A stretch of DNA of 64,000 nt from Clostridium sp. CAG:433. Its GTDB lineage: Bacteria; Bacillota_I; Bacilli_A; RF39; UBA660. The DNA is taken from positions 17,547-81,546 of the forward strand of contig FR893558.1 in NCBI GenBank assembly GCA_000433675.1, given 5' to 3'. Both the position numbers and the translations under genes were made by a program. A model generated the notes under the pieces. That model did no database searches. It saw only the letters and a program-made list of their open reading frames with translations, and was not told the DNA's origin. Below, in pieces: positions 51,228 through 61,411 of this stretch (positions are counted from its first letter, which is position 1; each line of letters begins with the position of its first letter).

Positions 51228-51233
51228 AATAGG

Positions 51234-51262
51234 CGATAAAGAAATCTTTATCGTTTATTTAT
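51234..51262 (+). terminator. rho-independent terminator
   Basis: CGATAAAG-aaat-CTTTATCG then TTTATTT. Confidence 0.5.
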
Positions 51263-51306
51263 ATTTTTGTTAAAATATGGTATATTTTAGTATAGAGGTG
51301 AAAAAA

Positions 51307-51993
51307 ATGGTAGCACGATTAACAGAAGAACAATTAAATTATTTTGATAATCCGGACTTTTATCAAGATTATATGGAAATGTTTATATTTAGATTAACAT
51401 TTTCAAATATGGCAATAGAAAGAGATTTAGGTGAAATAGCAGATAGTAAAAATGCAATTAGATTAAGAGACAACTATAGAGCTTTTCAAAAATTGCTTAC
51501 TATGTTTTCGTACGATATGAGTGAAGATCTTATTATTGATATTGCAAATACAATAAATAAAAGTTCAATGTATATTTCAAATGGTTATAGAAAATTAGGT
51601 AGAACTTTAGGAGATACTAATGAACCAATATCAGATCCAAAAGATATAAAAAGTGATATGGAGAAATTACTTTATAATTATTATAATGAATGGAATAACT
51701 TAGATCCATATTTAAGAGAGGCAAAATTTAATATTGAATTTTTAAGAATACATCCATTTGAAGATGGTAATGGTAGAACAAGTAGACTTTTACTTAACTT
51801 TAATTTGATGAAACAAAAAATAGCACCTGTAATAATAACAGATGATTTAGTTGATGATTATTTTAACGCAAGAAATAATTTTGATGAAGAGTGGATTGCT
51901 AATATGTTTAGAGTTCAATCAGAAAAAGAAATTGAAGTAATAGATGGATTAACTAAAGAATTAAAAAAAGAAAATGAAGGACTAAAACTATGA
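51307..51993 (+). CDS. Fic/Doc-family protein (putative AMPylase/phosphocholinase)
   Basis: Canonical Fic motif HPFEDGNGRTSRLL; extended -10 TGGTATATT upstream. Confidence 0.75.
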   Translation: MVARLTEEQLNYFDNPDFYQDYMEMFIFRLTFSNMAIERDLGEIADSKNAIRLRDNYRAFQKLLTMFSYDMSEDLIIDIANTINKSSMYISNGYRKLGRTLGDTNEPISDPKDIKSDMEKLLYNYYNEWNNLDPYLREAKFNIEFLRIHPFEDGNGRTSRLLLNFNLMKQKIAPVIITDDLVDDYFNARNNFDEEWIANMFRVQSEKEIEVIDGLTKELKKENEGLKL

Positions 51994-53165
51994 GTAATGT
52001 TGGAATAATAGGTGGAGGAGTATCAGGTGTAATAAGCGCAATATATGCAAGTAAGAATGGTAATAAAGTAACTATTTTAGAAAAGAATAATGATATACTT
52101 AAGAAGCTTTTAATAACAGGTAGTGGTAGATGTAATTACTTTAATAGTGATCAAAATATAAATCATTATCATTCTAAAAACGAAGAATATTTAAAAGAAA
52201 TTATTACAAAAGAAAATACAAAAGAATTATGTAAATTTTATGACAGTATTGGTATTGTTCCTAAAATAAAAGATGGTTACTATTATCCATATTCAAATAT
52301 GGCAATAAGTGTTAAAAATGCACTTGTGACTGAAGTTTTAAAATTAAATATAAAAGTAATATGTAATTATGATGTAAAAAATATAGATTATAAAAATAAT
52401 GAGTTTATTATTAATAATGATAAACATTTTGATAAACTTATAATAAGTACAGGTTCTAAAGCATATCCAAAAACAGGATCAGATGGATTTGGATATAGTC
52501 TTGTTAAAAAATTAGGACACACTATAAATGAAGTAAAACCTGCACTTGTAAGTTTATGTTCAGATGATAAAATATTAAATATAATTTCGGGAGTAAGAGC
52601 AAATGCTAAAATATCCTTATATCACTTTGATGAATTATTAAAAGAAGAAATAGGTGAAGTACAATTTGTTAAAAATGAAGTATCTGGAATTTGTACATTT
52701 AATTTAAGTTATTTAGTTACTAAAAATAATAATGTAAGAATTAATTTTATGCCATTTATAAAAGTAGAAGAATATGATGACTTTATGTTTAAAAATAATA
52801 ATAAAAGAGTAAAAGAAATATTAAATGGAATATTAAATCCAAAACTAATACTAGCGATAATTAAAAGATGTAATATAAATGAAGAAAAGTATTTTTATGA
52901 ACTATCTAAAAAAGAAAAAGATTTATTAAAAGAAAATTTAACTAGTTTTAGAATTGATATAAAAGGCAAAGGACCATTTGATAAAGCACAAATATGTATG
53001 GGCGGTGTACCATTAAATGAAATTGACATAAAAAGTATGAAGTCAAAAATAAATGAAAACTTATATATAACAGGTGAAATGCTTGATGTAAATGGTGATT
53101 GTGGTGGATATAATTTAACCTTTGCATTTATTTCTGGATATCTTTCAGGAAAGGATATAAAATGA
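51990..53165 (+). CDS. HI0933/YhiN-family FAD-binding flavoprotein
   Basis: GIIGGGVSGVISA dinucleotide-binding fold; ATGA overlap with Fic stop. Confidence 0.65.
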   Translation: MSNVGIIGGGVSGVISAIYASKNGNKVTILEKNNDILKKLLITGSGRCNYFNSDQNINHYHSKNEEYLKEIITKENTKELCKFYDSIGIVPKIKDGYYYPYSNMAISVKNALVTEVLKLNIKVICNYDVKNIDYKNNEFIINNDKHFDKLIISTGSKAYPKTGSDGFGYSLVKKLGHTINEVKPALVSLCSDDKILNIISGVRANAKISLYHFDELLKEEIGEVQFVKNEVSGICTFNLSYLVTKNNNVRINFMPFIKVEEYDDFMFKNNNKRVKEILNGILNPKLILAIIKRCNINEEKYFYELSKKEKDLLKENLTSFRIDIKGKGPFDKAQICMGGVPLNEIDIKSMKSKINENLYITGEMLDVNGDCGGYNLTFAFISGYLSGKDIK

Positions 53166-54730
53166 TTAGAGTAAGACAAGTAAAAGTAAATATAGATGAT
53201 AATTCTTTAGAAAATATAAAAAAGTGTACTAGTAAAAAATTAAATATAAAAGATGAAGATATACATAATTTAAAAATAATTAAAGAGAGTATTGATGCTA
53301 GAGGAGAAGTAAATTATATTTATGAGGTAGAAATAGAAACTAATTTAGAAAATAAATTACTTAAAAATAAAGATGTATATATTCCAAAAGATGAAAGTTA
53401 TAAATTTGAAATAACAGGAACTAAACAAATGAAAGAAAGACCTATAATTGTAGGAAGTGGCCCTGCTGGATTATTTTCAGCATATATGCTTTCACAAAAT
53501 GGTTATAAACCTATAATTATAGAAAGAGGAGAAAAAGTAGAAGATAGAGTAAAAACTATAGAAAACTTTTGGAAAACTGGTAAATTAAATAAAAATTCTA
53601 ATGTACAATTTGGAGAAGGTGGCGCAGGTACTTTTTCTGATGGTAAGTTAAATACACTTGTTAAAGATAAAAACTATAGAATGAAAAAAGTATTTGAGAT
53701 ATTTGTAGAGTGTGGGGCACCAAGTGATATACTATATAAAAATAAACCACATATTGGTACTGATTTACTTAGAAATGTAATAATAAACATGAGAAATAAA
53801 ATTATAGATATGGGTGGAACATTTTATTATAATTCTTGTCTTACAGATATAGTTATAAATAATAATAAAGTAACAGAAATAATTATAAATGATAAAGAAA
53901 AAATCAAATGTGAAACACTTATTTTAGCGTTAGGTCATAGTGCAAGAGATACATTTAAAATGCTTTATGAAAAAGGTATTAATATGATTCAAAAACCATT
54001 TGCGGTAGGCGTTAGAATAGAACATAAACAAGATATAATTAATAAATCGCAATATGGAAAATATAGTAAGTATTTACCTAATGCAGATTATAAATTAACT
54101 CATACTTGCACCGATGGAAGAGGAGTATATTCATTTTGTATGTGCCCTGGTGGATTTGTAGTAAATGCATCAAGTGAAGAAAATCATTTAGTAATAAATG
54201 GAATGAGTAATCATAAAAGAAATGAAGAAAATTCAAATAGTGCGATAGTTGTTCAAGTATCAAATAAGGACTTTGGTAATAATATATTTGATGGTATGAA
54301 TTTTCAAAGACATTTAGAAGAAAAAGCATATAGTCTTGGTAATGGTTTAATTCCAGTTCAACTTTTTTCAGATTATGAAAACAATACTATTTCAAAAGAA
54401 TTTAAAAGTGTAAAACCAATATTTAAGGGTAATTATAAATTTACTAATATAAATGATATATTTCCAGAATTTATAAATAATGATCTAAAAGAAGCAATTA
54501 ATTATTTTAATAATAAAATAGATGGATTTAATAGTGGTGACGCTATTATCGCAGGTGTTGAAACAAGAACATCATCACCAATTAGAATAGTAAGAGACGA
54601 AAATGGAATGAGCAATATAGATGGGATTTATCCTATAGGAGAAGGTGCTGGTTATTCTGGAGGAATAACAACTAGCGCAATGGACGGAATAAAAATTTCA
54701 GAATTAATTGCTAAAATATATAAGAATTAA
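53162..54730 (+). CDS. FAD-dependent dehydrogenase (uncharacterised family, COG2509-like)
   Basis: IIVGSGPAGLFSA Rossmann motif after a ~90-aa N-terminal domain; ATGA overlap with preceding gene. Confidence 0.55.
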   Translation: MIRVRQVKVNIDDNSLENIKKCTSKKLNIKDEDIHNLKIIKESIDARGEVNYIYEVEIETNLENKLLKNKDVYIPKDESYKFEITGTKQMKERPIIVGSGPAGLFSAYMLSQNGYKPIIIERGEKVEDRVKTIENFWKTGKLNKNSNVQFGEGGAGTFSDGKLNTLVKDKNYRMKKVFEIFVECGAPSDILYKNKPHIGTDLLRNVIINMRNKIIDMGGTFYYNSCLTDIVINNNKVTEIIINDKEKIKCETLILALGHSARDTFKMLYEKGINMIQKPFAVGVRIEHKQDIINKSQYGKYSKYLPNADYKLTHTCTDGRGVYSFCMCPGGFVVNASSEENHLVINGMSNHKRNEENSNSAIVVQVSNKDFGNNIFDGMNFQRHLEEKAYSLGNGLIPVQLFSDYENNTISKEFKSVKPIFKGNYKFTNINDIFPEFINNDLKEAINYFNNKIDGFNSGDAIIAGVETRTSSPIRIVRDENGMSNIDGIYPIGEGAGYSGGITTSAMDGIKISELIAKIYKN

Positions 54731-54779
54731 TATTAATAAAATATTGATTCTTTTTTTAATATAAAAGTTAGTAAACTCA

Positions 54780-54815
54780 TTGACAAATAAGTGTAAAAAA
54801 TATATATTATTGTTA
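54780..54815 (+). promoter_or_regulatory. sigmaA-type promoter TTGACA-17-TATATT
   Basis: 54780 TTGACA ... TATATT ~25 nt before RBS AGAGGGG. Confidence 0.4.
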
Positions 54816-54839
54816 AGTACTAATCAGAGGGGCAAGTAT

Positions 54840-57062
54840 ATGACAATAGGTGTAAATTTAAAAACAATAGTAAAAAATTATTCATTATGTGAAAAGTTAT
54901 TTAGAGAAGATTGTAAAGACAATAATTATGTAAAAGGAATATTGGATTTTTTTTCTAATGTTGAAATAAATAGTGATATTATACGTGATTTAAAAAGACT
55001 AAAAAAAGAAGGGAATAAAATAGATTTATACGTACCTAATTATTTAGTTTATGATAATAAAATAATAATGGAAAAAGTTAAAAGATTATTAGAATTTGAT
55101 GAGTTTTCTTTTGACAATATAAAAAAATATAATTCATTAGATGAATTAAAAAATGATAATATAGATTGTTTTGTTTCTGATTTTAATATTGGTGGACAAG
55201 GAATAATTTTACCATATCAAGTAATTAAATTAGATAGTAGTGATTATGAAAAATTTGAATTAGTAAAAAAGGTTTATAACGCTAATTATGATATCAATTT
55301 AAGAAAAATTAATGAACTTGAATATAATACTCAAAAAGCAAGAACAGGTATTCCATCTGTAGATAAACCATGGAGAAAGTTTTATTCAGAAAAAGAAAAA
55401 AGTGTAGTAATGCCAAAGAAAACTATGTATGAATATTTAAGATGTGGCGCTGAAAAAATGTCTAATAAGACTGCTCTTATTTATTATGGAAGAAAATTTA
55501 CATATAAAGAATTGATGGAAAAAATTGATAAGTACGCATCATCATTTATAAGTTATGGAATAAAAGAAGGAGATGTTGTATCAATATGTATGCCAAATGC
55601 ACCAGAAGCAATTTTTATGGTATATGCATTAAATAAAATTGGTGCAATTGCAAATATGATACATCCTTTAAAAAGTCCTAATGAAATAAAAGAATATGTA
55701 AATAAAGTTGATTCTAAAATGTTACTTGTTTTAGATACGTCACTTCAAAATATAGAGGGTATAACAAATGAATTATGCACTGATAAAATAGTTTCGGTAT
55801 CAGTTGGTAATTCAATGCCTTTATATATGAAACTTATATTTGAAAAATCAAAAAAATTAAATTTAACAAAAGAATATATTTCTCTTAAAGATTTTGAAAA
55901 TAATGGAAAAAAAGTAAAAAATTCATTACAAGTAGATTATAAAGAAAATGCTGGCGCAGCAATAATGCATACTGGTGGTACAAGCGGTAAATCAAAGGCT
56001 GTTTTACTTACAAATGATAATCTTAATTCAATGGTTCATGCTCAAAGAGTAACAGCTAAAAACTTTGCTGAAGGTGATGTAATGCTTACAATAATGCCTG
56101 TATTCCATGGATTTGGATTATGCAGTTCTGTTCATATGCCTTTATCATATGGTGTATCAGTAGTTTTATGGCCAAAGTTTGAATCTAAAAAGTTAAAATC
56201 AATGTATGAAAAAAATAACGTTAATCACATGTTTGGAATACCAAAGTTATTTGAATGTTTAATAAAAGAAAATGTTGATTTAACTAATGCTGGATATCTT
56301 GTTTCAGGTGGGGAAAAAATTGAACAAAAAAGAGAACAAAAAATTAATAATGGGTTCTTGGAGAATGGTTCAAGATTTAACTTAAAAAAAGGTTATGGTT
56401 TAACAGAAGCAACAGCGGGTACAACTTTATCTGATGATTATAGTAATAGACTCGGAAGTATTGGAATACCACTTGTATGTAATGATTTTAAAGTAGTAAA
56501 ACCAGGAACAGAAGAAGAACTAGGATATTATGAAAAAGGTGAATTTTGTATTTCAGGCCCAACTGTTATGAAGTGTTACTATAATGATGAAGAAGAAACT
56601 AAAAAAACATTAAGAAAACATTCTGATGGAAAAATATGGCTTCATACAGGTGATATGGGATATATGGATGAATCTGGGCTTTTATATTACACAGATAGAT
56701 TAACAAGAATGTATACATCTGGAGGATTTAACGTATATCCACCACATATAGAAGAAGTTATATTAAAATTAGATGAAATAGAATCATGTGCAGTAGTACC
56801 AATGAAACACCCAAGTAAAAATATTAAAGTGCCAAAGGTATATATAATTATGAAAAAAGGTTATGAACTTAATGAAGATTTATTAAATAAAATAAAAAAT
56901 ATTTGTTCTTTAAATCTTGATTTATATCATCAACCATTTAGTATTGAGAGTATAGATTCATTCCCAATAACAAATTTAGGAGAAAATATTGGTAAAGTAG
57001 ATTATAAAAAATTAGAAGAAAATGCAAATGAAACAGTGAAGGTAAAAAAATTAGTAAAGTAA
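54840..57062 (+). CDS. AMP-dependent synthetase/ligase (acyl-CoA/acyl-ACP synthetase-like) with ~190-aa N-terminal domain of unknown function
   Basis: Adenylation motifs TGGTSGKSKAV, GYGLTEA, K-terminal lysine region; adenylation domain begins near residue 200. Confidence 0.7.
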   Translation: MTIGVNLKTIVKNYSLCEKLFREDCKDNNYVKGILDFFSNVEINSDIIRDLKRLKKEGNKIDLYVPNYLVYDNKIIMEKVKRLLEFDEFSFDNIKKYNSLDELKNDNIDCFVSDFNIGGQGIILPYQVIKLDSSDYEKFELVKKVYNANYDINLRKINELEYNTQKARTGIPSVDKPWRKFYSEKEKSVVMPKKTMYEYLRCGAEKMSNKTALIYYGRKFTYKELMEKIDKYASSFISYGIKEGDVVSICMPNAPEAIFMVYALNKIGAIANMIHPLKSPNEIKEYVNKVDSKMLLVLDTSLQNIEGITNELCTDKIVSVSVGNSMPLYMKLIFEKSKKLNLTKEYISLKDFENNGKKVKNSLQVDYKENAGAAIMHTGGTSGKSKAVLLTNDNLNSMVHAQRVTAKNFAEGDVMLTIMPVFHGFGLCSSVHMPLSYGVSVVLWPKFESKKLKSMYEKNNVNHMFGIPKLFECLIKENVDLTNAGYLVSGGEKIEQKREQKINNGFLENGSRFNLKKGYGLTEATAGTTLSDDYSNRLGSIGIPLVCNDFKVVKPGTEEELGYYEKGEFCISGPTVMKCYYNDEEETKKTLRKHSDGKIWLHTGDMGYMDESGLLYYTDRLTRMYTSGGFNVYPPHIEEVILKLDEIESCAVVPMKHPSKNIKVPKVYIIMKKGYELNEDLLNKIKNICSLNLDLYHQPFSIESIDSFPITNLGENIGKVDYKKLEENANETVKVKKLVK

Positions 57063-57074
57063 TGGAGGCTTTTT

Positions 57075-58649
57075 ATGGCAAATATAGCATTTGATGTAGA
57101 TGGAGTAATGACAAATTTAGCAAAATTCCAATTAGATACTGGAAGAAAATATTTTGGGGAAGATTCTGTTAAGGATCCTACAAAATATGATGTAAAGGAT
57201 ATTTTTGATGTTAGTAAAGAAGAAAGAGAAAAATATTGGTTAAAATATATATGGCCATATTGTATAACTGAAGAAATGAGAAAAAACTTAAGCGAATTAC
57301 CTAAAAAGTTAAAGGCAGATGGCCATAAAATTTATATAATAACTGGCAGAGTTCACACAACAGAAGATGGAATTAGAGGTAAATTATTTAGAAAAATGCT
57401 TTTATCTTGGCTTAAAAAAAATGGCTTTGAATATGATGAAATCATTTATGTTAATGAAAACAATAGTGCAGAGGAAAAACTTAATGCATGTAAAGAAAAT
57501 AATATTGATTTAATGATAGAAGATAAAACAGAAAATATTGAGGTAATCAAAGATGTATCAAGTGTAATATGTGTTAATGCAGAATATAATGAAAATGCAG
57601 ATTTTGGTGATATTGTTAGAATAGATAATTTTGATAATGGTTATGAAGTAATTAATTCTGTTTTAGAAAAAGATAATAAAAATTTTAAATTGTTATCTAA
57701 TGAAGAGATGGATGAATTATCACAAGATGAATTAAAAAAATATTATGAAAAAATGAGAGAATATTATAAAAATAGACCATTAGATCCAAATTTAAAAAAA
57801 CAAGAAAAAACATATCAAGTAACTAGTAAAGTTGGAATACCTTTATTTAAACTTGTTTTTAAACCTCATATGTTTGGCAAAGAAAATATACCAAAAGAAA
57901 AAAAAGGTAATATTTATGTTAGTAATCATTTAGGTTCACTTGATCAATTTCCAATTATAAGTATGCTTGGACCTGATTCACCAATGCATTTTTTAGCAGC
58001 ATCAACACTTTTAGGTTTAAAAAGAGCGCTTCTTTATACAAAAACAGGTGCAATATTTGTAGATAGAAATGATCCACAAAGTAGAAAAGAATCAAAAGAA
58101 AAAATGATGCAGATATTATTAAATGGTGGTAATGTATTCTTATTTCCAGAAGGAACAAGGAATTATTTAAGAGAAGGACAAGCAAAAGAAATATTTGAAA
58201 AATATATAAACGATGATATTCCATTTGAAGATTTTTATGAAAAAGTAAAAAAGAATAAAACATCACAAGTAAATTATTTAGAAGAATTATTAAAAAATAA
58301 TACAATAACAAAAGAAGAATTTGTTAAAAATATTTATGATGTTGATAGTTTCTTGAAGGAATTAGTAACAGATAAAAGAATAAATGAATCAGATTATTAC
58401 GAAAATATTTTCTTACCATTCAAATATGGAGCTGTCGCAATGGCAAAAGAAACAGGTGCAACAATTGTTCCATTCGCAGTAAATAATAATTACTTTAATT
58501 CTGATCCTCTTTTAGTACGTGCTGGAAAACCAATGAAAGTAAATGTAGAAGATGATTTAGAAGAAAAAACTTCTGAACTTAGAGATGAAATAAAAACTAT
58601 GGTTTGGGAAAATGCGGAATATGAGAAAACATTAAAATTAAGAAAATAA
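57075..58649 (+). CDS. fusion protein: HAD-like (5'-nucleotidase-type) domain + PlsC/LPLAT acyltransferase domain
   Basis: N-terminus IAFDVDGVMTN (HAD motif I DxDG); C-half VSNHLGSLDQFPI (HX4D) and FPEGTRN block III. Confidence 0.6.
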   Translation: MANIAFDVDGVMTNLAKFQLDTGRKYFGEDSVKDPTKYDVKDIFDVSKEEREKYWLKYIWPYCITEEMRKNLSELPKKLKADGHKIYIITGRVHTTEDGIRGKLFRKMLLSWLKKNGFEYDEIIYVNENNSAEEKLNACKENNIDLMIEDKTENIEVIKDVSSVICVNAEYNENADFGDIVRIDNFDNGYEVINSVLEKDNKNFKLLSNEEMDELSQDELKKYYEKMREYYKNRPLDPNLKKQEKTYQVTSKVGIPLFKLVFKPHMFGKENIPKEKKGNIYVSNHLGSLDQFPIISMLGPDSPMHFLAASTLLGLKRALLYTKTGAIFVDRNDPQSRKESKEKMMQILLNGGNVFLFPEGTRNYLREGQAKEIFEKYINDDIPFEDFYEKVKKNKTSQVNYLEELLKNNTITKEEFVKNIYDVDSFLKELVTDKRINESDYYENIFLPFKYGAVAMAKETGATIVPFAVNNNYFNSDPLLVRAGKPMKVNVEDDLEEKTSELRDEIKTMVWENAEYEKTLKLRK

Positions 58650-58657
58650 AATAAATA

Positions 58658-58692
58658 AGACAAAATTTAATAAAAAATTTGTCTTTTTTTAT
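58658..58692 (+). terminator. rho-independent terminator
   Basis: AGACAAAATTT-aataaa-AAATTTGTCT then TTTTTTTAT. Confidence 0.5.
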
Positions 58693-58734
58693 ATAAAATA
58701 TGTTATCATTATAATGGATGGAGGTAGATAAAAT

Positions 58735-60573
58735 ATGTATAGTTCATTATATTTTCAAATATGTAGTTTATTTTATATTGTATTACTTATGGTAATATTT
58801 TTCTCAAAAGACAAAATAAAAAGTAAAGAAAATAAAATATTCTCAATATTGATAGTTACAAATTTTGTAGGATTGTTACTTGATTTAGCAAGTACATATA
58901 TGGCATTAACAGATTTGAACAATCCATTATTAAACTTTATATCAAAATTATATTTGGTTTATTTATTAACTTGGATTTCGTTATTTACATTTTATACATT
59001 TGTTATATCATATAGTAAAAATAATAGTACGGAGTTTTCTAAAACTACAAAGTATAAAAATGTGAAACAGGTGTCACTTATTTTATATTTTGTAATGGCA
59101 CTTTTATTATTAGTATTACCATTATATAACTTTAGCGAAAATGGAGTCATATATACATATGGACCAGGAGCTAACATTTCATATATAATTGGTGGTTTAT
59201 TAGATGTTGTATCAGTAATTATGATTATTTCTAATATAAGAAGAGTAAAGAAAATAAAATATTTACCACTTATATTTTATATCGCAGCATCAGCATCAGT
59301 AATATTAATACAAAAACTTCAACCTGAAATACTTTTAGTAACTGCAGTTGAATCATTTGTTACATTCTTACTTTACTTTACAATTGAAAACCCTGATGTT
59401 AAATTAATTGAACAACTCAATTTAGCTAAAGAACAAGCAGAAAGAGCAAACAGAGCAAAAACAGAGTTTTTAAGTAGTATGTCACATGAAATAAGAACAC
59501 CACTTAATGCTATTGTTGGATTTAGTAATTCATTAAGTGATAACAAAAATATACCAGATGAAGCAAAATCAGATGTAAAAGACATATTAGTTGCATCAGA
59601 TAGTTTACTAGAAATAGTAAATGGTGTACTTGATATTTCAAAAATTGAAGCAAACAAAATAGAAATAGTAAAAAAAGAATATGATACTAAAAAGATGTTT
59701 GATGAACTTGCAAAATTAACAAAAGTTAGAATAGGTGATAAACCAATTGATTTTATAACTAAGTTTGATGAAACTTTACCTAGAGTATTATATGGTGATC
59801 AAACAAGAACAAAACAAGTAATATTAAATATTTTAACAAATGCTGCTAAATATACAGATAAGGGTAAAATTATATTTAGCGTTCAGTCAGTAGTTAAAGA
59901 TAATGTATGTAGAATGATTATATCTGTAGAAGATACTGGTCGTGGAATAAAGAAAGATAGTATAAATAAATTATTTACTAAGTTTGAAAGATTAGATGAA
60001 GAAAATAATACAACAATAGAAGGAACAGGTCTTGGACTTGCAATTACAAAAAAATTATTAGAGATGATGCATGGTAAAATTGTTGTACAAAGTGAATATG
60101 GAAAAGGATCTAAATTTACTATATCTTTAGATCAAAGAATTGTAAAAAATCCAACTATTAAATTAGATGAAGAAAAGACAGATGATATAGAAATTATTGA
60201 TTTATCTTCTAAAAAAGTATTAGTTGTAGATGATAATAAATTAAATATAAAAGTTGCAACTAGATTATTATCACCATACAATGTAGAAATAGTATCAGCT
60301 GAATCAGGTATGGATTCAATTGAAATACTTAAAAAAGATAAAAAGATTGATCTTGTTCTTATGGATGATATGATGCCAAAAATGAGCGGAACAGAAACAT
60401 TAAAAGAAATAAAGAAAAACAATCTATATGATGGACCTATAATCGCTCTTACTGCAAATGCACTTACTGGTATGAGAGAGAAATATATTGAACATGGGTT
60501 TACAGATTATTTATCAAAACCAATAGAAAAACCAGAATTAAATAGAATTTTAAAAACTTATTTGACAAAATAA
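58735..60573 (+). CDS. hybrid sensor histidine kinase (7-TM sensor + HisKA + HATPase + receiver)
   Basis: Seven hydrophobic helices; H-box SHEIRTPLNAI; N/G1/G2 boxes (GTGLGLAI); C-terminal REC with DD...D...K. Confidence 0.8.
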   Translation: MYSSLYFQICSLFYIVLLMVIFFSKDKIKSKENKIFSILIVTNFVGLLLDLASTYMALTDLNNPLLNFISKLYLVYLLTWISLFTFYTFVISYSKNNSTEFSKTTKYKNVKQVSLILYFVMALLLLVLPLYNFSENGVIYTYGPGANISYIIGGLLDVVSVIMIISNIRRVKKIKYLPLIFYIAASASVILIQKLQPEILLVTAVESFVTFLLYFTIENPDVKLIEQLNLAKEQAERANRAKTEFLSSMSHEIRTPLNAIVGFSNSLSDNKNIPDEAKSDVKDILVASDSLLEIVNGVLDISKIEANKIEIVKKEYDTKKMFDELAKLTKVRIGDKPIDFITKFDETLPRVLYGDQTRTKQVILNILTNAAKYTDKGKIIFSVQSVVKDNVCRMIISVEDTGRGIKKDSINKLFTKFERLDEENNTTIEGTGLGLAITKKLLEMMHGKIVVQSEYGKGSKFTISLDQRIVKNPTIKLDEEKTDDIEIIDLSSKKVLVVDDNKLNIKVATRLLSPYNVEIVSAESGMDSIEILKKDKKIDLVLMDDMMPKMSGTETLKEIKKNNLYDGPIIALTANALTGMREKYIEHGFTDYLSKPIEKPELNRILKTYLTK

Positions 60574-60615
60574 TATAGAAGTATGCTATAATCATAATAG
60601 GAAAGGATTGTAGAT

Positions 60616-60969
60616 ATGGACAGAAGTTATTTAGAAGAAAATGGCGTAGATGTAAATGCTGGGCTTGAATTACTTGGTGATATGGATATGTATAATGAAA
60701 CAATGGGTGATTTTTTAGAAGAAATAAATGAAAAATTACCAAAACTTGTTGAATACAAAAATAATAATGATATGCCAAATTATGCTATCATTGTTCATTC
60801 AATAAAAAGTGATTCAAAATATTTAGGATTTACTAAACTTGCAGAACTTGCATACAATCATGAGATGAAAAGCAAAGCAAATGATACATCTTATGTTAAT
60901 GCAAACTATGATGAATTACAAAAGGAAATTGATCGTATAATTAAAATTATTAAAGAATATTTAGGATAA
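60616..60969 (+). CDS. histidine phosphotransfer (Hpt) protein
   Basis: VHSIKSDSKYLGFTKLAELA fits Hpt H-x-x-K-G-s-a-x-x-l-G; 117 aa. Confidence 0.55.
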   Translation: MDRSYLEENGVDVNAGLELLGDMDMYNETMGDFLEEINEKLPKLVEYKNNNDMPNYAIIVHSIKSDSKYLGFTKLAELAYNHEMKSKANDTSYVNANYDELQKEIDRIIKIIKEYLG

Positions 60970-60987
60970 TTGGAGGTATTTAAATTT

Positions 60988-61392
60988 ATGGGCGAAAAAT
61001 TAGTTTTAATGCCGGATGTTAGAGAACAAACTATTCTTGTGGTAGATGATTCAAACATTACAAGGAGTTTGATTGAAAGAGTTTATAAAGATCAATATAA
61101 AATTCTTATGGCATCAAATGGAAGAGAGGCTATTGATATAGTAGATACTATGCCAGAAGGTGTTATAGTAGCAATTTTACTTGATTTAAACATGTCGGAT
61201 CTTGATGGCTTTGCAGTGCTTGATTACTTCAAAGAAAAAGATTTATTTAATAAGATACCAGTATCGATAATTACTGGTGATAGTACGAAGGAAACTATAA
61301 ATAGATGTTTATCATATAATATAGTTGACATATTAATTAAACCATTTAGTGGATTTGATATTGAAAGAGTAGTCGCAAAAATGGTAAAATAG
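60988..61392 (+). CDS. single-domain response regulator (receiver only)
   Basis: VVDDS, LLDLNM (phospho-Asp), ITG, IKPF; no output domain; ATG 60988 behind TTGGAGGT. Confidence 0.75.
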   Translation: MGEKLVLMPDVREQTILVVDDSNITRSLIERVYKDQYKILMASNGREAIDIVDTMPEGVIVAILLDLNMSDLDGFAVLDYFKEKDLFNKIPVSIITGDSTKETINRCLSYNIVDILIKPFSGFDIERVVAKMVK

Positions 61393-61411
61393 ATTTAAAG
61401 GAGGAAAAAGT

